Shown here in pieces: positions 1 to 9,457 of a DNA stretch of 64,000 nt. The stretch lies in contig JACPMR010000015.1 of the NCBI GenBank assembly GCA_016185945.1, forward strand, positions 7,256-71,255, read 5' to 3'. Position 1 is the first letter of the stretch. Every line of letters starts with the position of its first letter. The notes under the pieces were generated by a model. It did no database searches and was not told the origin of the DNA. It saw only the letters and a list, made by a program, of their open reading frames with translations. This DNA comes from Candidatus Woesearchaeota archaeon. GTDB taxonomy: Archaea; Nanobdellota; Nanobdellia; Woesearchaeales; GW2011-AR4. A program made the translations under genes and the position numbers.

Positions 1-134
1 AACGTTCTTTTTCTTGCTTATTACTTTTACTGCTTTCTTTTTTTTGGATTTATTTGCTTTTTTCGTCTTCCTTTTTGCCATTGAATCACCGTTTTTATTT
101 TTAATTTTGCTTAAAATTACATCATTTTTAAATC

Positions 135-449
135 TTACGAAATATCCCTGTGGGTTTCATAAAGAAATGCAGCATCCTCATTATGCTTTTGTAATTCTTC
201 TATCAATTTCCTGAAAATATCATTTGACGAAACAACTTTCTTTGTTTTAATCCATTTTGTAATTGATGAACTGACTTTATTGCATATTTTTTCAGATTCT
301 TGCTCGCTTAAATGAGCGCTCCTGCATGCAAAATAGCACGAGCCGTATACTTTTCTATCATCGTAAATTTCTGTATGCCCTTTTCGCTTTACTATATGCA
401 ATATTGTCTTGTCTTTTGTTTTTTTGATTATTTTTTTTCTTTTTGCCAT
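135..449 (-). CDS. ATP-cone domain protein (NrdR-like regulator candidate)
   Basis: 104 aa ORF; segment VKRKGHTEIYDDRKVYGSCYFACRSA fits the ATP-cone pattern (V-KRdG-xE-FD--KI); Lys-rich N-terminus. Confidence 0.45.
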   Translation of the reverse strand: MAKRKKIIKKTKDKTILHIVKRKGHTEIYDDRKVYGSCYFACRSAHLSEQESEKICNKVSSSITKWIKTKKVVSSNDIFRKLIEELQKHNEDAAFLYETHRDIS

Positions 450-450
450 T

Positions 451-1158
451 TTAGTTAAATGTTATCGTGCCGTTTGCTATCAATATCAAAAGCCACCCAA
501 GCATAACCAAAATAACGCCTATTGCAAGCCTCATATAGGTTCTGTTGTTTTGCTTCCATCTTTTTATTTGTTGTATTTTGGTTCCTCCATAAACCATTAG
601 TAAAATAACTATGAGAGGCATGACGAAGATTATGTTGTACAATATGAGCATTAAAAATGCCACAAAATTAAAGTTTTGCGATAATAAAAGTAGTATTGCT
701 AAGTATGGTGCGCCTGTGCATGGAAGCTCAACGCCTGCAACAAAAATTCCAAGGAATATGACTCCAGGCAGTGTTATTTTCTTAGTCATTTCATGAATCT
801 GCTTTGCCCTTTCTGGCGGTATTGCAAGTGTAATGCCTTGCCCGTACCAAAAGAAATCCTTAATTTCAATTAAGCCAGCAATCACTATTAACAAACCAAC
901 AACAATTGATATGTATTCGCTTACATAAAGCGGGATAGAGCTTAGAAAGTACAAAATGCCTAATCCAGCTAATATATAAGTAACAAATATCGCAAGAATA
1001 TACAAAAGCCCATGATAAAGCATTTCTTTTTTTGTCTTGAAAGCAATCATTATTGAAACAAGAAGTATTAAAACTCCTATAGCACATGGGTTAATCGAAT
1101 CTATCAAAGCTGTTACTACAACTGTGCCAAGTGTCGGCAGATATGCTTCTACTCCCAT
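451..1158 (-). CDS. DsbD/CcdA-family thiol-disulfide transporter membrane protein
   Basis: 235 aa, about 6 predicted TM helices; Cys in TM1 (SINPCAIG) and TM4 (ELPCTGAPY) as in the cytochrome c biogenesis CcdA/DsbD_2 family. Confidence 0.5.
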   Translation of the reverse strand: MGVEAYLPTLGTVVVTALIDSINPCAIGVLILLVSIMIAFKTKKEMLYHGLLYILAIFVTYILAGLGILYFLSSIPLYVSEYISIVVGLLIVIAGLIEIKDFFWYGQGITLAIPPERAKQIHEMTKKITLPGVIFLGIFVAGVELPCTGAPYLAILLLLSQNFNFVAFLMLILYNIIFVMPLIVILLMVYGGTKIQQIKRWKQNNRTYMRLAIGVILVMLGWLLILIANGTITFN

Positions 1159-1159
1159 T

Positions 1160-1906
1160 TTATTTTAGGTAAGGATTTATTTCCTGAACTGGCTTTTCCG
1201 TGAAGATGATTTTTATCCTATCGCCTGGAGGCACTTTTTCGTATGGCGCAATGACATAATCTCCTGGGTTTTGTATTAAATTGCCATTTACAAAGACATA
1301 GAGTTTTGCTGGCTGCTCGTTGCATTTGTCTCCATCATGCATGGAAACTAAGCCATCGTCTGCAGGCATTTTTAATCCGTCATCTGTGATTGAGCCGCCG
1401 ATTGCATAGAAAAATGCGCCTACACTTGCCTGTCTTTCATCCAATATAACTCCCTCAACATGTATTCTCTTGTCTTCATGAGCATGCATTAAATCAACTC
1501 CCTGCTTGTTGGACAACCCTTTTGCTTCAGGAAGGTGCAGTTCTTTGCCACAAACCCATACCTCGAAGTCTGCATGCCAGTGCACAGGACCTTTTGTCAA
1601 TGAAGTTAGGTTAAGATGCAAGGTGGTTATTACAAGGTAAAGGGTTACTATAGCGACAACAATCACAATCAACAAGTAAACTGCTCTTTTATGCAAATCA
1701 TTCATTTTTTTATGAAATAACAATACAACCAAAATCAAAATTCCAAAAGCTATTGAGCCATAGCCAACAACAGCCAACTGGCTTAAAGGGTATAGCTGAG
1801 AATGGTCCAGCATAAATTCTTCTTCTGGCTCACCTTCATGGGCAATAATAGGATATGCAAATAGAATAAAGAGTATAAAAAGCCAAAAAGCCAACCTCTT
1901 TTTCAT
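1160..1906 (-). CDS. exported membrane-anchored protein, His-rich C-terminal domain, function unknown
   Basis: 248 aa; N-terminal signal-like hydrophobic segment, second TM near residue 45-65, several His/Asp clusters (HWHADFEVWVCGKE, LMHAHEDKRIH). Confidence 0.4.
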   Translation of the reverse strand: MKKRLAFWLFILFILFAYPIIAHEGEPEEEFMLDHSQLYPLSQLAVVGYGSIAFGILILVVLLFHKKMNDLHKRAVYLLIVIVVAIVTLYLVITTLHLNLTSLTKGPVHWHADFEVWVCGKELHLPEAKGLSNKQGVDLMHAHEDKRIHVEGVILDERQASVGAFFYAIGGSITDDGLKMPADDGLVSMHDGDKCNEQPAKLYVFVNGNLIQNPGDYVIAPYEKVPPGDRIKIIFTEKPVQEINPYLK

Positions 1907-1992
1907 GATGTTTTATTAAAAGTGATATTATTTAAAGGTTGCTATTAGACATTAGGTAAAGATTTTATGATTTTCATTTATTTAAAATAATT

Positions 1993-2138
1993 TCAATCAC
2001 GTAGCGACCCATTTTCTGCTTAAGGTGATATGGGTGCCCCGCATACTTCTGTGGCACTATATTGCTTGCTTTAAAGTGCCTGAAGCACAAGCGGATTACT
2101 TTATTCACTTGTACATTTAAAAGTCGCTCTCGGGATTG
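1993..2138. repeat. GC-rich intergenic repeat element, copy A (TIR TCAATCACG ... CGGGATTG, core GATATGGGTGCCCCGCATACTTC)
   Basis: Shares terminal motifs and the GGGTGCCCCGCATAC core with copies at 13120, 23896, 36335, 45966 and 63551; lies in a divergent intergenic region. Confidence 0.65.
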
Positions 2139-2257
2139 TTATTTTTATTTTAATGAGATTTTTATTATACTTTTGGAATTAGTTTAATTTTATCAAATTG
2201 GTCCATATATACCAACAAATAAACTTTATAAACTATACTTCTTTCATTTTTGAGTAT

Positions 2258-3496
2258 ATGAATAAGCAGACTTTTAGAAATAAAAACATTGTAATTGGAG
2301 TTACTGGAGGGATTGCATGCTACAAAGTTCTTGACTTGATAAAAGAATTGCGGAACAATGGCGCAGATGCACATGTAATCATGACAGAGAATTCCATGCA
2401 TTTTGTGGATATTAAAGATTTTGAAAAGGCATCTGGAAATGAAGTGCATACAACATTGTTTCATCCAAAGATAAATTATGTTGAATACATCAAGAAAAAC
2501 AAACAAATAAAGCACATTTCATTGGCTGACATTGCTGACTTGTTTCTGGTATGCCCTGCAACTGCCAATATAATAGGGAAAATAGCAAATGGAATTGCAG
2601 ATGATTTGCTTTCCACTTCCATAACTGCAACTATTGCGCCTGTCCTTATATGCCCTGCAATGAATGTCAAGATGTGGAAAAATGCCATTGTGCAGGAGAA
2701 TGTCAAAAAATTAAAATCTTTAAATTATCATTTTGTCGAGCCGGAATATGGGGAACTGGCATGCGGCTATAAAGGGGTTGGGCGGCTTGCAAACTTGAAA
2801 GGGATTATTGAAAGAGTGGGTTTATTGCTTAAACAAAGAAATGATTTGAAAGGGAGAAAAATTCTTGTTACAGCAGGAGCAACTGTTGAGGAAATAGATC
2901 CTGTGAGAGTAATAACGAACAAAAGCTCGGGCAAAATGGGAACAGGCATTGCAGAGCAGGCATTTTTGAGGGGGGCAGATGTTTTTTTATTGAGAGGGTA
3001 TAATTCAATAGAGTCAAACTATAACATCAAAGAAGAAAAATTTACGACAGTGCATGACCTATTTGACAAAATCAAAAAAAACATTAAAAAATTTGGTATT
3101 GTAATACATTCTGCTGCTGTCTCTGACTTTGCAATCAACAATAAGCAAAACAAAAAGATAAAAAGTAACAAAGAACTGCATCTTGAATTAACTCCCACGA
3201 CAAAGATATTTGAAAGGTTAAAGAAATTAAATAAAAGAATATTTCTGGTTGGCTTTAAGGCAGAGTATAATGTCAGCAAAAATGATTTAACAAACAGCGC
3301 TTTTAACCTACTGAAATCTGCCGATGCCGACTTGGTTGTTGCCAATGACGTAGGCAAGACGAACATGGGATTTGATGTTGATACAAATGAGGTTTTTGTT
3401 GTAGACAAAAATAAAAATTTTTTACATATAAAATTAGCTGATAAAAGAATTATTGCTGACAAAATTTTAGATGTTATAGTTGAGAAAATAAAATGA
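2258..3496 (+). CDS. coaBC: bifunctional phosphopantothenoylcysteine decarboxylase / phosphopantothenate-cysteine ligase
   Basis: N-terminal flavoprotein motif NIVIGVTGGIACYK; C-terminal CoaB motif ILVTAGATVEEIDPVRVITNKSSGKMG; start taken at MNKQTF rather than the upstream ORF-track Met. Confidence 0.85.
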   Translation: MNKQTFRNKNIVIGVTGGIACYKVLDLIKELRNNGADAHVIMTENSMHFVDIKDFEKASGNEVHTTLFHPKINYVEYIKKNKQIKHISLADIADLFLVCPATANIIGKIANGIADDLLSTSITATIAPVLICPAMNVKMWKNAIVQENVKKLKSLNYHFVEPEYGELACGYKGVGRLANLKGIIERVGLLLKQRNDLKGRKILVTAGATVEEIDPVRVITNKSSGKMGTGIAEQAFLRGADVFLLRGYNSIESNYNIKEEKFTTVHDLFDKIKKNIKKFGIVIHSAAVSDFAINNKQNKKIKSNKELHLELTPTTKIFERLKKLNKRIFLVGFKAEYNVSKNDLTNSAFNLLKSADADLVVANDVGKTNMGFDVDTNEVFVVDKNKNFLHIKLADKRIIADKILDVIVEKIK

Positions 3497-4329
3497 TTTC
3501 TGCAAAAGCATTTGCGCCTGCAAACATAAGCTGCGTATTCAAGATTCACGAGCACAAAAACCCGAGATGGATGGGCTCTTACGGGTTTGGTTTTACATTG
3601 AATAAAGGTGTTATTGTTGAGGTTTCAAAAGCAAAAAGGACAGAGGTTGTGTTCAACAACCATTCTATAAGTTTTCCTACTGTAAAAAGTGTTGTTGAAG
3701 AATTAGCCAAAGAAAAATTGAGGGTTTATATTAAATCGGAACTGCCTCTTGGCTGCGGATTTGGGTTAAGCGGGGCAAGTGCTTTGGCAACAGCTTATGC
3801 AATTAATAAATTGTTAAAATTAGGAAAAACAAACAAAGAATTGGCAGTCACGGCACATACTGCAGAAGTCGAAAATAGAACTGGTTTAGGAGATGTTGTA
3901 AATCAATATTATGGAGGATTTTGCGTTAAGTTCAAGCCGAGCTCTTATTTTATTGTTGAGAAAATAACATTAAATAATATTAATGTTTATTGCAAATATT
4001 TTAGCAAAATATCAACTAAATCAATAATAACAAATGCAAAAATAAAAAATAAAATAAATGATGCCGCCTCAATTGCATTGGATAAAATAAAACAATTATT
4101 AAAATTTAACAAAAACATTCAACTTAAACAAATAATAAAAATATCAAAGGAATTTGCTGTGAATAGCAAATTATTAATGGATAAAAAAACAATTCAAATA
4201 ATTAGAGAGATAGAAAAAAATAATGGGAATGCATCGATGATAATGCTAGGGAATGCTGTTTTTAGTGATAAAAAGTTTAGAGGCTCAATAAAATTAAAAA
4301 TATCAGATAGAGGCGCACATTTGTTATGA
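3493..4329 (+). CDS. GHMP-family kinase, candidate archaeal pantoate kinase
   Basis: GHMP phosphate-binding motif ELPLGCGFGLSGASALATAYAI; sits between coaBC and a candidate phosphopantothenate synthetase, with start codons overlapping the upstream stops. Confidence 0.55.
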   Translation: MISAKAFAPANISCVFKIHEHKNPRWMGSYGFGFTLNKGVIVEVSKAKRTEVVFNNHSISFPTVKSVVEELAKEKLRVYIKSELPLGCGFGLSGASALATAYAINKLLKLGKTNKELAVTAHTAEVENRTGLGDVVNQYYGGFCVKFKPSSYFIVEKITLNNINVYCKYFSKISTKSIITNAKIKNKINDAASIALDKIKQLLKFNKNIQLKQIIKISKEFAVNSKLLMDKKTIQIIREIEKNNGNASMIMLGNAVFSDKKFRGSIKLKISDRGAHLL

Positions 4330-5021
4330 AAGTTCCAAAATCACATCCAAGATATATTTCATTAAAAACAAGGGATTTGATAGCTGATGGAGTAGAAAAA
4401 GGAATAACATCAATTCATGGACTGATTGCGCATGGAAGAGGTGAGGCATTTGACTATTTGCTTGGTGAGAAAACAACTGATGCTGCAAAAAAATCAATTG
4501 AAGCGGCTGCAGCAATGTTATTATTGGCAAAAAATCCGGTTATTTCTGTAAATGGAAATGCTGCAGTATTAGTTCCAAAAGAGTTGGTTAAATTATCAAA
4601 TTTATTGAATGCTCCGCTTGAAGTCAATATTTTTCATCAATCGAAGCAAAGAGAAATAAAAATAAAAAAACATCTTGAAAAACATGGAGCAAGAAATGTT
4701 TTATTGCCCGACAAAAAATATAAAATAAAGTTTCTTGAGTCAAACAGAAAATATGTAAACCCCCATGGGATTTTAAAGGCAGATGTTGTCTTTGTTCCTT
4801 TGGAAGACGGCGACAGGGCAGAGGCATTAATCAAGAATGGAAAAAAAGTTGTAACTATTGATTTAAATCCATTGTCTAGGACAGCGCAGAAAGCAACAAT
4901 AACTATTGTGGATAATATAACAAGAGCGATGCCTTTGTTAATAAAAAAGATACAACAATATAAAAAATATGATAATAAAAAAAGTTTAAAGCAATCATCA
5001 AAAATTATAAAATCGTTCTAA
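4326..5021 (+). CDS. candidate archaeal phosphopantothenate synthetase (DUF137/COG1701-like)
   Basis: 231 aa; N-terminal segment GLIAHGRGEAFDYLLGE; operonic with coaBC and the GHMP kinase; assignment rests on context plus recalled family features. Confidence 0.5.
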   Translation: MKVPKSHPRYISLKTRDLIADGVEKGITSIHGLIAHGRGEAFDYLLGEKTTDAAKKSIEAAAAMLLLAKNPVISVNGNAAVLVPKELVKLSNLLNAPLEVNIFHQSKQREIKIKKHLEKHGARNVLLPDKKYKIKFLESNRKYVNPHGILKADVVFVPLEDGDRAEALIKNGKKVVTIDLNPLSRTAQKATITIVDNITRAMPLLIKKIQQYKKYDNKKSLKQSSKIIKSF

Positions 5022-5075
5022 AAACCCAAGAATAGCAATATTTAAATACCTATTTCTTAAAGAATAAACGCGATT

Positions 5076-7148
5076 ATGGTAAAGCGCATGGACATTCTGG
5101 AATGGGTTTTTAGGGAAAGGCCTTGGGAACAGCAATTGTCCGAGGTTGAGGCGCTAAGAAGCTCTATTAAGGCACAATTGATATTATTTGATGATTTGTG
5201 GAGAGCTCATCAAACAAAGTTATCAGCAATAAAAGCAATAGCCGAAGGATATCTTCCTTATTTAAAAGATATTCCAGAATTAAATAACATAATAATAACT
5301 AATTTTAAGAAAATACTAGAAGGGATAAATTTCAAAGTTCTGATTAAAAAAATTTTGTACGAATCTACTGAAAGACTGCATGAGATTGAAGTTTTTGTTT
5401 GGAGATATGGTGGAGCAAGTCTTCCAGCATGGGATCCTACTACTGGGGAAAAGATTGTACCAAAAGTGGAAATAAAACCCTATAATATAGAAAGTGCAAA
5501 AAGAGCAATATGGAGCATTGTGAAAGACAAACAAGAGTTGGAAGATTTCATTAGAGATGCCTCAAAACAATTGCTGCCGGAGTTAGAAGCATTAAAGAAA
5601 CTTTACAATGAACAACTAGAACCATTCTTGAGGGAACAGTCAGACAAGGCTGGAAGCGGCATATGGACTGGTTTTAATACAGATGAAAATGAAAGATATT
5701 GGAAGCAAGAAGGTGAAATTATTTTACAAATGAAGAGGATTCTAAGTGACATAATAAATAAGACAATTGTAATGGCTAGACTATGGAGCAGAGTAGAGAT
5801 TGAGGAGCTAAAAACAAAAGAAGAATTCATAAAAGAAGTAGGACAAAAAGTAAGAAAAAAAGTGGGGGTTATGCTGATATCTCAAATATCAGGAACACCT
5901 TATCAAATGAGTGAATTTGAGAATTTCCTAAAAAGCATGGGCTACATAACCTATAATGTAAGGCTTCCTGGACATGCAACTTCTTTAGAGGAATTGTTTA
6001 ATACGCCAGTTGACGAAATTGAAAGATTTTTAATAAGCCAATTCAATTTTTTCTATCAAGCTATGAAAAAAATAAACAATGGTGACGGCAGATTTTATAT
6101 TGCAGGAAATTCCCTTGGCGCTATGATGCCATTACATATAATGGCAAAAAGCTGGAAAGTCGCCATAAAAACAGAAAACTCAGCTAAAAAATTTAATGAA
6201 AAAATTGGTGAAACTGTGACAATACACCCTTATCAAGATATGGTTAAAGGAATTATTTCAATCTCGGCAGCAACAAGCCTTGCCGCAGGTCCACTTCCAT
6301 TTGGAGTTGGGCCACCTATGATTAATCTTGGTACAAAGGTAGCAAAAAATCCTATTGCCTCAAAAATATTAACGCCTATAATGGCTCTTTTAGCAGGCAG
6401 AAAAATACGCAAAGAAGGCATAGTAGATTATGCGGGTTCTGTACATATAAAGATTGAGGGGATTAAGAAAAGAATAGACCCTGACCTCGAACCTGATAGA
6501 TTTTATGAAGCGGTAAGAAATGAGATTAAGCCACTAATTCAAGGAATTTACAGAAAAAAGATAGCTAAAATCAATAATCTAAAACTCAAGAACATAATAA
6601 ATAAAAAGATTGAGGAGATTAAACAAGAAATCAACCCAAATCTTTATCCTGATAGATTTTATGAAACAGCAAAGAAAGAGATTGAATTAATTAGAGAGAC
6701 TTTTAGAGGAATGTCAACTGAGATTAGCGAGATGGAACTTAACAGTATGGTTGAACAGGTAATAGATAATGTAAAAAAGGGACTACATGCATTTGCTGGC
6801 GAAAGTTTGATGGGTGTAAGGCCACTACAAGAAAAAATGCGTGGACAGTCTGTTAAAACATTACTAGGCGGTGTATCCAAATTAATATCACAATTAAGGG
6901 AAGATGTAAAACATATTTATATACCGATTCTTATACTTCAGGGACTTCATGACAGTATAACCCACCCTTCAAGCGCAGATTATATTTATAATAATGTTAA
7001 AACAAATCCAAAATTCAAGAAAAAAAGAATGTTAGAAGGTTCAGGACACACGCCACAGTTAGACTTCGATAAAGATATAGTGTTCGAAGAATCTGTCAAA
7101 TTTATTGAGATGGTAGAAGAAAGTGAAAAAGTGCCTGTATATGGCTAA
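5076..7148 (+). CDS. large alpha/beta-hydrolase-fold protein with N-terminal domain of unknown function
   Basis: 690 aa; nucleophile elbow GNSLG, and C-terminal LQGLHDS and GSGHTP consistent with an Asp/His triad; internal duplicated segment (IDPDLEPDRFYEAVRNEIK / INPNLYPDRFYETAKKEIE) inside a long cap insertion. Confidence 0.5.
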   Translation: MVKRMDILEWVFRERPWEQQLSEVEALRSSIKAQLILFDDLWRAHQTKLSAIKAIAEGYLPYLKDIPELNNIIITNFKKILEGINFKVLIKKILYESTERLHEIEVFVWRYGGASLPAWDPTTGEKIVPKVEIKPYNIESAKRAIWSIVKDKQELEDFIRDASKQLLPELEALKKLYNEQLEPFLREQSDKAGSGIWTGFNTDENERYWKQEGEIILQMKRILSDIINKTIVMARLWSRVEIEELKTKEEFIKEVGQKVRKKVGVMLISQISGTPYQMSEFENFLKSMGYITYNVRLPGHATSLEELFNTPVDEIERFLISQFNFFYQAMKKINNGDGRFYIAGNSLGAMMPLHIMAKSWKVAIKTENSAKKFNEKIGETVTIHPYQDMVKGIISISAATSLAAGPLPFGVGPPMINLGTKVAKNPIASKILTPIMALLAGRKIRKEGIVDYAGSVHIKIEGIKKRIDPDLEPDRFYEAVRNEIKPLIQGIYRKKIAKINNLKLKNIINKKIEEIKQEINPNLYPDRFYETAKKEIELIRETFRGMSTEISEMELNSMVEQVIDNVKKGLHAFAGESLMGVRPLQEKMRGQSVKTLLGGVSKLISQLREDVKHIYIPILILQGLHDSITHPSSADYIYNNVKTNPKFKKKRMLEGSGHTPQLDFDKDIVFEESVKFIEMVEESEKVPVYG

Positions 7149-7158
7149 TGGAATAATT

Positions 7159-7815
7159 TTAAGCTATATGCTTCAAAATCTCACTTAAATCCTTCTTGTC
7201 TATGCAGACATTTGCAACCCTTTTTACTTCGTCGTGCATACAGTTAAATGCAATTCCAAGTCCAGCCTCTTGCATAATTTTTATATCATTTAAATAGTCG
7301 CCGACAAAAACACATTCCTTCAAGCTGATTTTTTCCCGTTCTGCTATTTTTTTAAGAGCCAATGCTTTTGCTTCCATGTCAAACTCTGTTGCTTCCACTT
7401 TAGCGATATTGCCATGCTTATCAAAGTGAATTTTGCTTATGAAGACATCATCAAAAAATTCCCCATAGTTGGGTATAAATTTTTCAAGAACAACATTCAA
7501 AGAGCCTGATATAACTGCAAGTTTTAGTCCTCTTTTTTTAAGCTCATTTAATGTGTCCATTGCACCTTCCATAAGCTTTAGATTGCTCATTGCCTTAAAG
7601 AAATCTTCTTTTTTTGCATTTTTTTCCTTCCATAAGTTTATGTCATGCTCTGCCCACTGCAAATAACTTATCTGTCCATTGAGAAACCTGCTTTTTGCGT
7701 CTTCCCTTCTGTGCCTGTCTGTCTGGAAATAGTCATGGAAAACCTGCCAAGAGAACTTAACATTGTCTATTAAAGTACCGTCAACGTCAAAGCAAACTAA
7801 CTTGTATTTTGGCAT
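7159..7815 (-). CDS. serB: HAD-IB hydrolase, phosphoserine phosphatase-like
   Basis: N-terminal DVDGTLI motif (KLVCFDVDGTLID); C-terminal GDYLND and GLGIAFN motifs typical of SerB. Confidence 0.65.
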   Translation of the reverse strand: MPKYKLVCFDVDGTLIDNVKFSWQVFHDYFQTDRHRREDAKSRFLNGQISYLQWAEHDINLWKEKNAKKEDFFKAMSNLKLMEGAMDTLNELKKRGLKLAVISGSLNVVLEKFIPNYGEFFDDVFISKIHFDKHGNIAKVEATEFDMEAKALALKKIAEREKISLKECVFVGDYLNDIKIMQEAGLGIAFNCMHDEVKRVANVCIDKKDLSEILKHIA

Positions 7816-7849
7816 TTTTGGAATAAAATGGATTTTTTCTTATTACTAT

Positions 7850-8686
7850 TTAGTACATCCCCTTCTTGAAAAAATTTGTTTCGGTGACAAAATCTTTAGT
7901 CTTATTTTCTATTTGGATTAATTCTTCTTTACTAAGTTGATTGAAATTTTTGGCAAGATTTGCATTTTCCTGCACTTCTGGCGGAGTTTTGCACCCAATT
8001 ATTGCCAAGTCAACATCTTGGCTTAGCGCGTAATAGAAGGCTTCTTTCATCGTGATTGAAGACAATGCATTTCTTTGTGCTGTTACCTTCATTGCTATAA
8101 CACCCATTCCTTTCTTTCTAGCTTCTGGAATTACAGAGCTGATAAAAGGCATATAATGAGAATCTCCAGCATTAACACAAAGTAATACAGTATCAAAGCT
8201 GTATCTTCTTATTGCTTCAATAAGAATTTTAGGATCGTGATGTCCTGTAATCCCAATAAACCTTGCTTTACCTTGTTTTTTTGCATCTTCCAATGCATAA
8301 ATTGCTCCATTGCTTGAAAATATTTCATCAATATCCTCTTTTGTGCGCAAATCGTGGAGTTGCAATAAATCAAGATAGTTTGTTTTTAATCTCCTTAATG
8401 AATCTTCGAGAAGCAGCATTGTTCCTTCATAGCCTCTGTCATGCGTTTTTGAAGCCAGGAAAATCTGCTCGCGCTTTGCAAACTTCCATAAATATGCTCC
8501 GAGATAGTCGCGACTTTGCTGGTAGGCAGGGGCAGTATCAAAATAATTAACTCCAACCTCAACTGCTTTTTTAATTACAGCCTCTGCTTCTTTGAAATAC
8601 CCAGTTGTTCTTAAAATTCCCTCTCCACCAAGCCCGAAAATTGTTGCTTGATGCTTGGTTTTGCCTAGTGCTCTGTATGGAAGCAT
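7850..8686 (-). CDS. aldo/keto reductase
   Basis: AKR signature GVNYFDTAPAY; start placed at MLPYRALGKT (ATG at 8684-8686), not the longer ORF-track start. Confidence 0.8.
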   Translation of the reverse strand: MLPYRALGKTKHQATIFGLGGEGILRTTGYFKEAEAVIKKAVEVGVNYFDTAPAYQQSRDYLGAYLWKFAKREQIFLASKTHDRGYEGTMLLLEDSLRRLKTNYLDLLQLHDLRTKEDIDEIFSSNGAIYALEDAKKQGKARFIGITGHHDPKILIEAIRRYSFDTVLLCVNAGDSHYMPFISSVIPEARKKGMGVIAMKVTAQRNALSSITMKEAFYYALSQDVDLAIIGCKTPPEVQENANLAKNFNQLSKEELIQIENKTKDFVTETNFFKKGMY

Positions 8687-8792
8687 ATTCTTATTTAAAG
8701 AGAATTGATACTTAAAGTTTGTGGAATACCATTGCAGTCGTCTGATATAAAAATGCAGATAATAAATAAAATTTATAATGATTGTATTTGAT

Positions 8793-9086
8793 TCAACAAA
8801 ACCTGCCAAACTCTTCCTTCATGTCATAAAATATCTCGCAGAATTTTCTTGTTGCAGCCTTAAGCTCCTTTTGCCCCTTTTTAGTAAGCTTGTATTTCTT
8901 CTCCTTGCCGCTGTCCTTTACCTCTTGTATAAAGCCGCTCTCGCTTAATGCCTTAAGCACGGGATATATTGTTCCGGGGCTCGGCTTTGCGCCTTTTCTC
9001 TTTTTCATTTCTTTCCTGATGTCTTCCCCAGACATGTTTTTTTTGGATATAAGCCTCAATACTATAAAGCTCAGGAACCCCCTCAT
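8793..9086 (-). CDS. PadR-family transcriptional regulator
   Basis: Winged-helix PadR signature RGFLSFIVLRLISKK...GTIYPVLKALSESGFI; about 97 aa. Confidence 0.75.
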   Translation of the reverse strand: MRGFLSFIVLRLISKKNMSGEDIRKEMKKRKGAKPSPGTIYPVLKALSESGFIQEVKDSGKEKKYKLTKKGQKELKAATRKFCEIFYDMKEEFGRFC

Positions 9087-9148
9087 GTCACAGCATTCTC
9101 TCATGCAACTTAATATTTTTAGGGTGTTTATAAATTTTTACCCATTAT

Positions 9149-9211
9149 TGTATCGTATAACCGATACATTTATATATTACCTCATACTACAAATATCGTA
9201 TATCCGATATT
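9149..9211. promoter_or_regulatory. two operator-like palindromes in the divergent PadR / small-ORF promoter region
   Basis: TGTATCG-TATAAC-CGATACA at 9149-9168 and AATATCG-TATATC-CGATATT at 9192-9211; half-sites (T/A)(G/A)TATCG / CGATA(C/T)(A/T) with a 6-bp spacer, between the PadR start and a Shine-Dalgarno-led small ORF. Confidence 0.5.
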
Positions 9212-9229
9212 AATATGGAGGTGCTAAAA

Positions 9230-9370
9230 ATGGAAACTTGCGGATGCTACGGGACAAGAAGCTTCTTCACAAAGGATGAGAAGATAGAAATGCTTAAGGA
9301 GTACAAGGGATCCCTTGAGAAAGAAGCCAAAGGAGTTGGAGAAAGGATAAAACAACTGGAAAAAGAGTAA
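9230..9370 (+). CDS. small Cys-containing protein (46 aa), METCGCYGTRSFF...
   Basis: Not in the ORF track (<60 aa); ATG preceded by GGAGGTG 8 nt upstream; divergent from PadR and downstream of the operator-like palindromes. Confidence 0.35.
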   Translation: METCGCYGTRSFFTKDEKIEMLKEYKGSLEKEAKGVGERIKQLEKE

Positions 9371-9457
9371 TATCCTTATGTTAGAAGGCTTTAAATGCAG
9401 GCTGGATTTACACCCTCTTTTTCCAGCTTGCTAAATTTTTTTAACTTGGAGTGAAAA

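Noticed and set aside
14-214. Small ORFs at the window start (14..214 +, 409..600 +, 611..796 +, 866..1087 -)
   Set aside because: All are embedded in or antisense to better-supported genes (the ATP-cone and DsbD-like proteins) and have low-complexity hydrophobic translations; treated as frame noise.
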